64,000 bases of DNA from Heterostelium pallidum (Eukaryota). The notes under the pieces were generated by a model. It saw only the letters and a program-made list of their open reading frames with translations, did no database searches and had not been told where the DNA came from. The DNA is taken from the NCBI RefSeq assembly GCF_000004825.1, contig NW_008805103.1:55941-119940 (forward strand). The letters run 5' to 3'. The translations under genes were made by a program, and so were the position numbers. Shown one piece after another: positions 27,325 to 39,126 of this stretch (its first letter is position 1; the number at the start of each line of letters is the position of its first letter).

Positions 27325-28052
27325 ATTTTTACTTAAATAAATTTGGACTAATTATAAATATTTTAAAAAATATACACTACTAATTATTACTAAATAATAA
27401 ATAAATTTAAATAAATAAAAAAAAAGATTTAGTTTATTTTTTTTAATAACTTTTGTTAACTAATATTTATAGATTTAAATGATATGGTATATGTTTTGGA
27501 TAGACACCAAAATAATCTCTTAAAGCAACTATAGTTTGTTTGTTTTTGTGTTTTTTCTTGTGAACAACAACAAAAAAGAGTACAACTTAAACTACTAAAA
27601 TTACTATTCAGTTAATTAAAATAATTTCCTTTTTTTTTAGTAGATGATATTTTTACAAGTTCAATATAATAGTTTTTAATTTTGAAAATGTTTTAATATT
27701 AAAACTTTCCTTTTTAGTAAAAAATTAAAAAAATTAAAAACCAACCAAAAACTTTTTTAGGGAATTTTTTTTTTTAACTTTGATAAAAACTAGATTTTAT
27801 TCGTTTCAATTACATTAATCACATCAAAATTGCTTTTTGTTTAAACAAATAATAGTTTTATTATTCTTTTTGTAAAAGTAAATTTTTGAGAAATATAAAT
27901 TAATTGTAAACAAAATAAATGGTTTATTCACTTGAAAACAGAAAAAAAATTATTAAACTGTCCTTTTTGATTTCAAAAAAAAAAAAAAAGTTCTTTACTT
28001 ACTGCGTAAACCCACAAACCAAATTTGCCCGAAGTCTTTCATAGAAAATTTA

Positions 28053-28556
28053 TCAGTCGTCCATTTTGTTTACGATTAATTTATATTTTCTCATAAAATT
28101 TACTTTTACAAAAAGTGAAATAAAACTATTATTTGTTATAGTCATTCGAGAAGATGCCTCTAAGAAAACCAAGAATGTTGAGATCCCTCCAAGATTTGTG
28201 ATTGAATTGTGAATCATTTGAATATAATCCATATCTTGATTTTCTTTGTAACCTGGAGTATCAATAACATTCAAAAATAAGATCACAATTTTCAAAAGTG
28301 TAGACTTTACATTCTGATTCATGAAATATAGTATTTTCATTGAGATTTCCAACCTTTTTTTGGTATTAACCATTGAAGATGAAGTATATTTCTTTGAAGT
28401 AATTGTTTAATAAATTAATAAAAGAAGACTTTCCAGTTCCCTAAATATTTATTATGAGTAAATTAAAAATTAGAATAAAATCAAATCAAAAATAAACTAT
28501 AATAATAAATACTTCTAATCCAATCTCTATAATATTTATAATTGGTTTTTTAGACA
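28053..28556 (-). CDS. Small P-loop GTPase (AIG1/GIMAP- or HSR1-MMR1-like G domain). It appears to stop immediately after the G4 motif, so it may be a truncated gene or pseudogene. Three exons at about 28556..28512, about 28437..28369 and about 28314..28053.
   Basis: The spliced translation is MSKKPIINIIEIGLE/GTGKSSFINLLNNYFKEIYFIFN/...LNVIDTPGYKENQDMDYIQ...KLIVNKMDD*. G1 is GLEGTGKS, G3 is DTPG and G4 is NKMD. The stop TGA follows NKMDD directly. A +1 frame (DKFSMKDFGQIWFVGLR) then runs into a GTAAGT. Confidence 0.45.
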
Positions 28557-29255
28557 TTCTAAAACTACAAATATTATTCTATAATAAGTATATTCTATAA
28601 AAATATGAAAATAGCTAAAAACAATGAAATTGATCAGTATTTATACTGTTTAAGTTAATTAAAATTTTAATTTTTATTATTAAAAATTATAGGTTTGAAT
28701 AGTAAACATTCTAATTATATATATTAGATTTTAAATTTATATGGAGTCAATGATAAAATACTATTGGAAGTAATTATTTAGAACCTAGAATTTTGAACTC
28801 ATTCTTCTTCTTTCGACCAACATTGGATTGTTACAGTCAGTCTGACGTTGATATCTACCATTGGTAGCAAACCATTATCCTACTTTCGTGGAACAACACA
28901 AATTACATAAAAGTATTACTATGGCCAACCATGATACAGTTATATTCTTGTTAAGAAACAATAGAAATTATTGACAACTCTAAACGAATACAACAATCTT
29001 GTAGGGAAAAAAAAGAAATCAAAAAAAAATTAAAATTAAAATTAAAAAAAAATAAGACATGTTGTTACACCCTTTTTTATTATTTTCGATCCTTACTTGC
29101 AGACTATCGATTTCCTGGAAATTCATATGGAACCACTATGATGGTGTTTGTTTATTACTGTAGATGATTTATCACTTCAACAACCAAATCAATCTTATTA
29201 TTATCAATTCGAATAGATACATTTTTTTTTTTTTAATACATAAAATTTAAATAAT

Positions 29256-29560
29256 ATGATTCAAAACAATGATGAAGATGATCTTCTAGGAATAGAATGG
29301 GAACAGCATGAGGGAGAAGATGAATATCAAAATGATGAAAATCAAGGTAAATAGTAAAATAGCTAATCTTTTGCAAAACTATCAAGTTATTAATTTTATA
29401 TATTGATATATTATATATAGAGCATAATAATGATATAGATTTTGAAATAGAATATGACAATGAAGATACTTCAGTGTCTTCATCATCTTTACCACTCTCT
29501 GGTATAAGTACACCCAGCAATAGTTTTGATAGTGGTTTATTCGATTCAAATAACAATAAC

Positions 29561-29613
<53 letters not shown>

Positions 29614-32600
29614 TGAGGATGATAAATCAATTGATATGTATGTTATATTATCATATAGCTTTGACCAATATATTTAAAATAATATTAATATTAATAATTT
29701 ATTAGATTTATAGAAGTACCAGGTAAGAAAAAGAAGAAGAAATCAGTACCACAAGATCCACAGATAAAGCTTGCAAAATTAAAAGCTTTAAATTTACATA
29801 AATCAGTATTGTTATCTTATTTACTCAGTTTCAAATGTTGTGTAAATAGTTTAAAAGATATTAAACTTGAATCAATAGTTCTATCAACCATACCATCTCA
29901 TTTCCTCAATTTATTCAAACAACAGAACAACAACAACAATAATAATAATAATAATGATAATGAATATGACAATACACAATTTATCAATAATATAAATGAA
30001 CTATTGAATTGGTATCATTCAAATTTGAAATTAGATTTCAATCAAAAGATACCTTTACCTTCTATTTTGAAACAAATCGATACAAATAATAATAATTATA
30101 ATATCATTGATGTTGATTCTTTTGTAAGTTTTATCTATTATTTAAATGAATTTATTAATTATTTTTTAAAAATAAGATTATTAATAATCTTTTAATATTA
30201 ATTATTATATATATTAGGTATTTAAGAATAATAATAATAACAATATAAATAAGAGGAAACAATCAAAGACTGTTGGATTAACAAGATATCTCGTGGAACA
30301 GTTTAAAACAGGAGTGTTGTCACCTCACAACTTTTTACATTTGTTTTATGTTGTATGTAGATCACTTGGAATCAGAGTTAGATTGGTTTCAGTATTAAAG
30401 ACACCTTTAGCTACACCCGTTACAGCTGCCAAACAGAAAAAGTTAGAGAGTTCAATTTGTCCAACAAAGAGATCTTCATCTCTACCCAACATATCAACTA
30501 ATAGTAGTAGCAGTAGCAGCAACAGTAGTAATGGTAAAGATGGTAATGGTAATAGCAGTAATAGTAGTGGTAAATCAACACCTACAAAGTCACCAAAAAG
30601 AAAGAGAAATAATAGTAAGAAGGTAGAGACTAGTGATAGTGAAGGAGACACTGAAACTGACAGTGATAGTGGTGATACTGATAGTGACAGCGACAGCGAT
30701 TTCAAATCTACGAAAGTTATACCTGTAACAAAGAGACAACAAGCATTAGCTCTTAAGAGATCATCAACAGAGCCAATTAGCAAAAAGAATAACAAGAACA
30801 GCTTGAATAATAATAGTGAAGATGAGAGTGAAGATGAAAGTGATAGCGATAGTGATAACAAAAAGAAGAAGAATAAGAATGATAAGAAGAAAACAAAAAC
30901 AACATCAACAACCAAGAAGAAACAACAATCAAAAAAGAATAATAATAGTAAGAGTAATAGTAAAGTAAAGAATGAGAAGAAGAAAGAAGAAGTCATTGAG
31001 AAAGAGAAGGATAAAGAGGAAGAGGAGTCATCACCGAAAAAGAAGCTAAAAGTAGTCGATGTTAAAAAGCAGGAGGAACTGGTCATTAAATTAGATGAAA
31101 CAGATCATAATGTTGAAATTTGGTGTGAAGTAATGGATAGTAATAGTAACGAGTGGATCACTGTCGATGTACTAAATAAAAGAGTGAACAAACCCGGAGT
31201 TTTGGAGCCTTTTAATCAACCGTTTGCATATGTTATTGGCTACAACGATGAACATATCAAAGACTTGACAAACAAGTATACCAACAATATCATTGCATCG
31301 GTTCTTAGGAGGTTGCCAGCTGGTCCACCAACACAGTGGTGGTTGAACATCCTCGAACCGTTGAATACCGACATCGATGACCTCGCCAACAAGAACGAAG
31401 ACAACAAGATCATTGAAATGGAATCGAAAATTCAGAAACCACAAAGTCTATCGTCATTCAAATCACATCCTCTATTCATGCTCGACAAGGATATACCGAA
31501 ATACAGCTCATTGGAACCCGGTGCCAAACCCATTGGAAAGTTTAAAGAACATAGTATTTATCATAAAGCACATGTTAAGACTGTATGTATTATCATATCA
31601 TCTAATATTTATTCATTTCATTAGATCTAACTTTTATAATATTATTAATTAGTTACATGTAATGGATAAATGGATACAAAATGGAAGAATGGTGAAGCAT
31701 GGAGAACAACCAGTTAAAGTTGTCAAAGCAAAGAAGACTTCTTCACCTACATCTCATTTATTTGGAGAGTGGCAAACTAAACCTTATGAACCTGCTATTA
31801 TTGTGGATGGCATCGTTCCTATGAATACGTTTGGAAATGTCTATATGTTCAAGCCCGATATGATACCGTTTGGCGGTGTACATCTGAAGGATAAGGGTTT
31901 GATGAGAGTCGCCAGGAAGCTACATATATCGGTTGGTCCTGCTATTATTGGTTGGGAGGTGACTGGTTGTCATCGTCCACACCCTATCATCCAGGGTGTA
32001 GTAGTTGCCAAGGAGAATTCAAAGCTGTTGATCGAAGCTTGGATAGAGGATCACCGCAATCGTGTAAAAGAGAATGCCAAGAAGATTCACAATGAAACAC
32101 TCGCTCGTTGGAAGAACTTTTACAAAGCATTGCTAATTAGAGAGTATATTCAGTCGACCTACGGTGGCAAAGAGGAGATCGAGACAAACACCAACAAACT
32201 TGTACAGGCATCCGAAGAGGTTGAAGAAAAAGATGTGGAGAAGGCAAAGGTGAATGAGAAAGAGAAGAAGAAGGCCGATCGTAATAAGGAGAGTGAAACA
32301 AAGTTATTGATGCTGGCAAAGACACTTTTCCAAAAGGATGGAAATACTAGTTATAATATCAATAAAGATTTGGATGAAGAAGAAGAAGAGGAGGAGGAAG
32401 ACGGTGAAGGAACAAAGGTTAATACTACTCCAAAGAAGAAAGGTGTAAAGAGACAAGCTAAATCTACAACTACTTCACCAAAGTCGCTAAAGAAAAAGAG
32501 TACACCAGTTAAATCGAAAAAGACAACTCCAAGAAAGACACCACCAAAGAAGAAGGCGAAGCAACCAAGTGAATCTGAAGATGAGTCATTGGAAGAACAG

Positions 32601-32810
32601 GAAGAAGAAGTGATACCATCAGATGACGACTTTAAACCCATTGTAAGACCAAAGAGAATCATAAAGAAATCAATTGATCTTGATTTTAAAGATGCTGATT
32701 CCGATGAAGACATCGAATCTGAAGAGGAAAAAGTGGAATCATCAGATGACGACTATGTTCCAACAAAGAGTAAAAGAAAACAATCACCAAAAAAGAAACA
32801 AAAGAAATAA
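29256..32810 (+). CDS. xpc: XPC/Rad4 nucleotide-excision-repair DNA damage recognition protein. Multi-exon: the 5' exons lie at about 29256..29346, about 29421..29634 and about 29716..30220, and the large exons are 30293..about 31581 and about 31660..32810.
   Basis: KSVLLSYLLSFKCCVNSLKDIKLESIVLSTIPSHF and LHLFYVVCRSLGIRVRLVSVLKTPL match the XPC transglutaminase-like domain (LHLVCLLANGF...[30 protein letters not shown]). HLFGEWQTKPYEPAIIVDGIVPMNTFGNVYMFKPDMIPFGGVHL...VARKLHISVGPAIIGWEVTGCHRP...IQGVVVAKENSKLLIEAW matches the BHD domains ([36 protein letters not shown]...). There are acidic and Ser-rich linkers. Confidence 0.85.
29556..29619. repeat. (AAT)n microsatellite of about 21 units. It encodes a poly-Asn tract in XPC exon 2.
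   Basis: The sequence is a direct run of aataataat... The + frame gives N22, and the minus-strand artefact ORFs are poly-L and poly-Y. Confidence 0.9.
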
Positions 32811-32989
32811 ATTTAATTATTATTTTTAATTTAGTTCACAATCATAATAATAGTATTAATTTAAATGTTATTTTAATTGATTTTTCAAATAGATAGATTA
32901 ATATAGTTTTAATTTTATTAAAATATTGCGATATATCACTATATAGGGATATTTAAAAGAATGGAAAAAAGAACAAATCTAATTGTAAT

Positions 32990-33792
32990 TTAAGCAGTGG
33001 TTGGTGCAGTTGTTGGGGTGGATGATTGACAAGCACATTGTGGTTGCATGTAGTAGATTGAGTTTGGCTTGTCGCAGTATGAAGTGAACCAAGCATCAGT
33101 CAAAGATTGTAAGACACCACCGATTAAACGTGGAGCTCTGTTTCTCAAACCATAGTAACGACCCATGATGTAACTGGAGTCAATTGGGATGTTAGACATA
33201 CAGGTTTGACAGTAGAGACGCTTGTTGGCAGTACCATATACAACGGTCTTGAAATCAGCCCAGAGCAAAGCAGAGGCACACATGGCGCATGGCTCACCGG
33301 TGGTATAGAGAGTCATATTGGTGAAAACGGTGGTGTTGTAGAGGGCAGAACAGTTGTTAATGGCAACGATTTCACCGTGAGAAATCATGTTTGGCTTTCC
33401 AGTGTTGACACCAGAACACATGAGATTGTTATTGGCATCATAGATGGTAGCAACAAACTTTCTATTCATTGACTTTGAGAGATTCAAAGTGTAGTTCATA
33501 TTGGCTTCATGGATTGCCAACTCTGAAGCTGACAAGTCAGATGGTGTAAGAACTGGTAACTAATATTATTATTATAATTATTAATAATTGGAAAAAAAAA
33601 CAAATTTATATCTTCTTTTTTTGAATTATTTTTTTGTTCTTTACTTACATTATCAGTGATACGGTAGTTTGTGATGTCATTGGCTTGACAGTTTCCAATT
33701 GTAACATCATTTGGGTTATATGGGTCCACACAAGCAAAGACAGATCCAGCCAAAAATACTAAGAAAACAGATAAAATTAAAGACTTTGACAT
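32990..33792 (-). CDS. Secreted cytidine/guanine deaminase-fold (CDA superfamily, TadA/GuaD-like) protein. Two exons at about 33792..33649 and about 33567..32990.
   Basis: Exon 1 reads MSKSLILSVFLVFLAGSVFACVDPYNPNDVTIGNCQANDITNYRITDN and has a clear signal peptide. Exon 2 reads LPVLTPSDLS...RKFVATIYDANNNLMCSGVNTGKPNMISHGEIVAINNC...TLYTTGEPCAMCASALLWADFKTVVYG. H-G-E matches the HxE zinc/catalytic motif and PCAMC matches PCxxC, with the spacing seen in TadA and guanine deaminase. There are several NxT/S sequons and a C-terminal STPTTAPTTA tail. Confidence 0.75.
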
Positions 33793-35563
33793 TGTTGTAT
33801 TTGATATATTTATTTATAATTAATAGAGTTGATTAACTATTTGATTAGAGGTCCTTGATCCTTTGCTCCACTTTTATACTTTTCTAAATCTATGGTTTAC
33901 CAAGGTAGGAAAGTCTAGTTAAATTCATTAAATAAATAAAATTTAATGAAATTTTACCAAATAACATGGTAGTTTGGAAGCAGAGACATATTTTTAAAAA
34001 GGGATTCTCTCCACAGCAAACATTGTTTTTGTGAAAATACAAATTAAAGTTCGTCTTAACCATACCCCAAAAACAATTAAACCAAAAACCGAACCACCAA
34101 ATCTGACTGTGTTTGTCTCTACTAAAAAAAAAATAAAAAAATAAATTGGATATTATAATATACACCCCACAACTTTTAAATATAAAAATAACAACAAACA
34201 AAAAATAAATATCATATCTTAAAAACATTTATGAAATAGTTAATTAAAGGGTAAGGGTGAGTGGTAGTTTAAACAATGAATGGTATGGTTTTTTTTGTTT
34301 AGAGAAAATAATTTTGTAATACAATATTGCAAAGATACCCTCAACTTACAACTCTGGTGGCCACACTGATTTCAATTGGGTGGGTGATCAACCAAAACTA
34401 TGGTTGAAATATTACTACCATGAGTGAAATTATTGAAACTGCCAATAACTAATTTTAGTCAAGAACAGTGTCTTTTTGATGTTGTTTGAGGAAACTGTGG
34501 TTTTCGATCGAGACCTGCCAATATTGAAAGTGAATATGCCCGAAAAAGAAAATATTCACCAATCATTACAACATCCAAAGCATCGTTATTTTAATAAATA
34601 TATGGCACATTATGATATCCTTCATGTCGAATGGAGGAAGTTTAAAAAAAAAAACAAGCAAATTTAAGAAAAAAACGAGTTCATATTTAATTAATTAAAA
34701 TTTTTTTTTTAGAATATTTGATGCACCCCAACATTGGCTTGGCACCAATCTGAAATAAAAAACTATCAAAAAAGGAGGGAATTTTTTTCAAAAGAAGTTT
34801 GGTCCAAATTGGGATTAACCTTAAAGATAACCCCTTTGATGTGCATGCACAGATGATCAGCCTAGAAACTAATTAAAGATTAAATTCTATGAATACAATA
34901 CACTATCTAAACCAGAATTTTTAAAACATGATGTTGATATGATGATGATAATGATTTTTTGTTATCTAGCAACGGTCAGTTGTGATGATGCAAGATTCAA
35001 ATCTGCTAATAATTAAAAGGATATTTGTTTGTGTTTCATTATCTATAGATCTGGTAAGATATGATATCTTGTTAGAATTAAGAATGATTTCTCCTCTAAA
35101 GATATTTAAAAAATGCTAAAAAACAAGAACGAGTTAATTTTTGTTTTTTTTTTCTGATTAATGAATAAAACGAAAGTTGATATTAAATTTGATCAATTCA
35201 AAGTGCAAAGAAAACTAAAATCAAATGATCTACTTTTAGATTAACTTATTTTTGAGCTCTATTCAAATATTCAATTCTATTTATTGTTTGTAAAACTCTA
35301 CACAAATATTTTAGTGTAATCCCACTTGGTTATTTAGAGAGTGTATGTCTATACATATTCAATTAGACTTTATTATAATATTTAAGTGGAATTTTTCTTT
35401 ACTCTGAAGTAAGAATATATTTTATTTATTTAAAACAATATGAATTATCTTATAAGTTTACCATTTTATTTTTCAAATTGAATAGTGTTAATTTCTTCAT
35501 TAGATAGTTTCATATGATTGATGTAAGTTTCAATGAAATATCGTTTATGTAAAATGGCAGTGA

Positions 35564-37206
35564 TCAATCCACACTGGTGTAGTCTACCAAAGATGAGGTA
35601 GTATTCATTGTCCAACTTTCTAATTTGACATTTCGATAGTTTATGTAAGCTTTTCTTGTCTGATTGGTATCCATTTGGTTCATGATGTTTATAGCGGTAC
35701 TGGGAAGCAGAGAGTAAACACCGTCACCAATAAAGTTGACTTTAAAATTTCTAACGATCGGTGGAATCGATAGTTTCTTCTTATAGGCAGACAATGTATA
35801 GTCATCATATTGTTTGATACAAACAGTTTCCACGTGCTCACTCATGTTCCATCAACATTAAAAGTATTGTTGAAAGATTTCTTTGGTGGTTGATGGTAAT
35901 TTCGAACAATCGTACTTATCGGTATTATTGAATCCTAGATCCAACGATACGATTTCGTTCTCCGGTCTGACACTTTCAAAACGGAGAGGAGAATTCTTCA
36001 TACCAAACGAAGGACTTTTACATTTGATATTTCTTAGTGAATCATTCAGAAGATTTGATCTACTTAAATACAGATGTTGCAACTCTAATGCCTCACTTGG
36101 TTCCAAGTCGTCGTTGTCGTGGGTGTGTGAGAAGTTTTTGTCGATCTTCAAGTATTTCACTGATTGCGGTATATCAGAATGTCTGATTGGATAATGGGTA
36201 GACAATTCCAATTTGACCACTGTTTTGGGAATCAGATTTTCGTGCACAAACGAACCATTGTTGCGGAAAGTTCCAGAGACAAAGGTTATGTTTAGATTCC
36301 TGAGTTTAGGAAGTTAGTTGATATGCTCGAGCCAAGTGTAATCTACATACAACCCAAGCTTCAGAGTCTCGAGAGAGGGTGGCAGTGTCCCTGGAGATAT
36401 ACTCTTTTCAAAGCGATCGGAAAACTCTAGAAATCGAAGATTCGCTGGAAGTATGCCTGGCAAGATTGGCTGATTGAATTCGCTACCAAACTTGAGGTGT
36501 TTCAACGTAGACGGAACACAATAGGTTGATTAGAACCATTGCTAAACACAATCTTTTCTATACCTTCAGGGAAATATCCTGGCGACAAAGGTAGATTAAA
36601 ACTCTGGTTGTATCGAATTGTTTTAATTTTCGGAGGTATAACCACATTATATAGCATATCCGCATTCCAAATGATCATTTCCTCAATATTGGAGTTCGAT
36701 ATTCCATCGTACAATCCTTCAAAAGAAAGATTATTGTAATAATCAAATGAAATAGATCTAATATTCTTTGGTAACCAAGTAACTTTTTTACCTAGATATA
36801 TATTAATATTAATATTAATATACTACACTGTTAAATCAATGTATATAGATATCCTACATACCAAAAATTTTCTTATCATGAAGAATGAAATAATCGAAAT
36901 TCATTGCTTCAAGCTGAAGTTTGCTTACATTTTCTACATTTCTGACAACCAACAATCTGCAGTTACTCTTTGATTGAATCGATTGATAGAATAATGATTT
37001 ATAAGATCGAAGATGGAAGTTTCGATATTCATCGTCCAACTGAAGTGTAATCTGTTCATAGTTGAATGACATGTATTATCTCTATCGTTGAACCATCGCT
37101 TGCATACCAAACTCATGCAAATCTTATCAATATTATCATCTAAAAAGTTTGAGATATTCTTTAACAATATATGTGGAATGTCTTTAAATAAAATATTATC
37201 ATTCAT
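35564..37206 (-). pseudogene. FNIP-repeat family gene with an F-box-like N-terminus. It is probably a pseudogene because the reading frame is broken by in-frame stops and at least one frameshift with no room for introns.
   Basis: The N-terminus MNDNILFKDIPHILLKNISNFLDDNIDKICMSLVCKRWFNDRD is F-box-like. The repeats (FSNGSNQPIVFRL, LKHLKFGSEFNQPILPGILPANLRFLEFSDRFEKSISPGTLPPSLETLKLG) are FNIP repeats (Pfam FNIP), typical of Dictyostelium. YVDYTWLEHIN is followed by TAA in frame and then continues LPKLRNLNITFVSGTF... A -1 shift is needed between NQPIVFRL and PSTLKHLKFG. There are TAA and TGA stops before MSEHVETV... The ORF track shows six different frames over 1.6 kb. Confidence 0.55.
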
Positions 37207-39126
37207 TTTATATTATTTTCATCAACCGTTAATGATGAAAACATATGATAAGATGATCATGATCACTCACCATTATTTTTGTTTTTTTAAAAAAAATTGC
37301 ATGGATCATTAATGAGGTAATTGCTGTATAATACATTTTATTGTTTGTTTGTTTGTTTGTTTATTTATTAAAATCTAATAGATAGTGTGTGTTTTATACC
37401 GATCGTGTAGAGATGTGAAATCGAATTACACTACTCATCAACAAACAGCAGTATCTCCAACTTTCCCTTCATTTCTTTTTATTGTTAGTTAACATTCAAA
37501 ATCAGAACTTAATAATAACCAGTTTTGTTTGTTTTTACACCACAACTGACTGACCAACTGAACAACAAGCAGTTACTTATTATATAGCATAATATAGCAA
37601 ACATTGTCTGCAGTTTATAGATCTTGAATGATATTTCTCCAAATGGAGCATTATTCTCGGTGCTACTATTGGTTCTTCATTTTTAACATCTTCAAACCTA
37701 ACAACATCTATATAGAACAAGATTATATTATTAACAACCATCTACATTTAGTTAATTAGCAAAGATGTAGGTAGAAAAGTGTTATCATTGGCATATTGAA
37801 TGAATATCACAAATATATTGTTTGAACTTGTAGACCCCACTAACAACAAAGTAATTCTAAAGAAATAACCTCATTTATACATTTGTTGATACACGCAAAT
37901 AAAAAGTAAATTCAACAAGCATTAAAAGATAGATAGTTATATTATCAAATAATGGTTCCACAATTGTGAAAATACCACAATCGAGTCAACATTAGAGTGT
38001 TTTTAGTTTACCACCACACAGATATTTAAATATTATTGATGAGTGGGAGTGTGAATGTGTTGTTGTGTTTTGTGGTATCTTTTATTGTTGTTATTGTTAT
38101 TGTTTTAATAGTTTTTAATCATCATTATCACTGTCGATAGAATAAAACACAACAGACGTATCTAAATTAGAAATAAAATACCTTACAATTAAACTTTTTT
38201 ATCTCTATTTGAGTATTTTTTTTTAATTGGTGAAACAGCATCATCATTCTACTCAATAATACACAAAAATCATATATCACCCTTAAACTAAATATTAAGA
38301 ATTCGATTGGCAGGTGTAAGGTATCGGTATGCATCACATGAATGCAATTTATTTCTCCACCCAATCGTCACCACTAAAGAAATATTTTAAAAATCAAAAT
38401 ACCAACAGTCAGAAGGTTTATACCAACACAATTCACAATTCCCCATCATTCCTGATATTTTTTTTTTTCTTTCAAACCAAATAAAGTTTGTCAATAAATT
38501 CTATTCAAGTTGGGTATCAAAATGATTTAAAAGGGGGGGTTATATGGAGTTTGGTATTGCACCAAGTATGTTGTTCAGTAATTTTTAGTCGGGTCTACAC
38601 CATTCCTGACCCGCGAGTTTCAACTAACAACAACAACAACAACCTATAAACTATTTATACTTTTCAATATATTTTAGTCTGACAAAAACCTTAAAATTTA
38701 TTTATAATTTTGTTTATTGGAAATTGATTATCAGACTTGGTATACGACCGTCAACTATTAATAATTTTTAATAAAATAATATAATAAACAACAATTAAAA
38801 TATTTTATTATTAATATAATCGATTTATAATTTATTGTCGTCAAATTTCATTATTTTTATCAAATTATAATTATTATTTATTTTTTGTATAATAAAAATG
38901 TATCATTTAAAATGTAAAATCGAATGATAAAAATAAATAATAAAAATATCTTCATATTTTAAAAGGTTATCCAAATTACTAATAATTCTCTCCACCTAAT
39001 ATTCAAAATTTTTTAGTATTATTTATTTTATTTATTTTTTTATCAGTTTCCAAATCACAACAATGTCCGATTAGTCCGAATTGGAGAGACCCTGATCCGT
39101 CACCGAATCCACCACCTTCTCCTCCA

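Noticed and set aside
29233-29677. Poly-Leu, poly-Tyr and poly-Asn ORFs
   Set aside because: All three frames of the (AAT)21 microsatellite are open. Only the Asn frame, which is part of XPC exon 2, is supported by the flanking splice sites.
30346-31086. 246-aa minus-strand ORF (poly-Leu/Ser/Phe)
   Set aside because: It is the antisense of the Ser/Asp/Lys-rich low-complexity linker of XPC. It has no start context or splice signals, and XPC homology fixes the plus frame.
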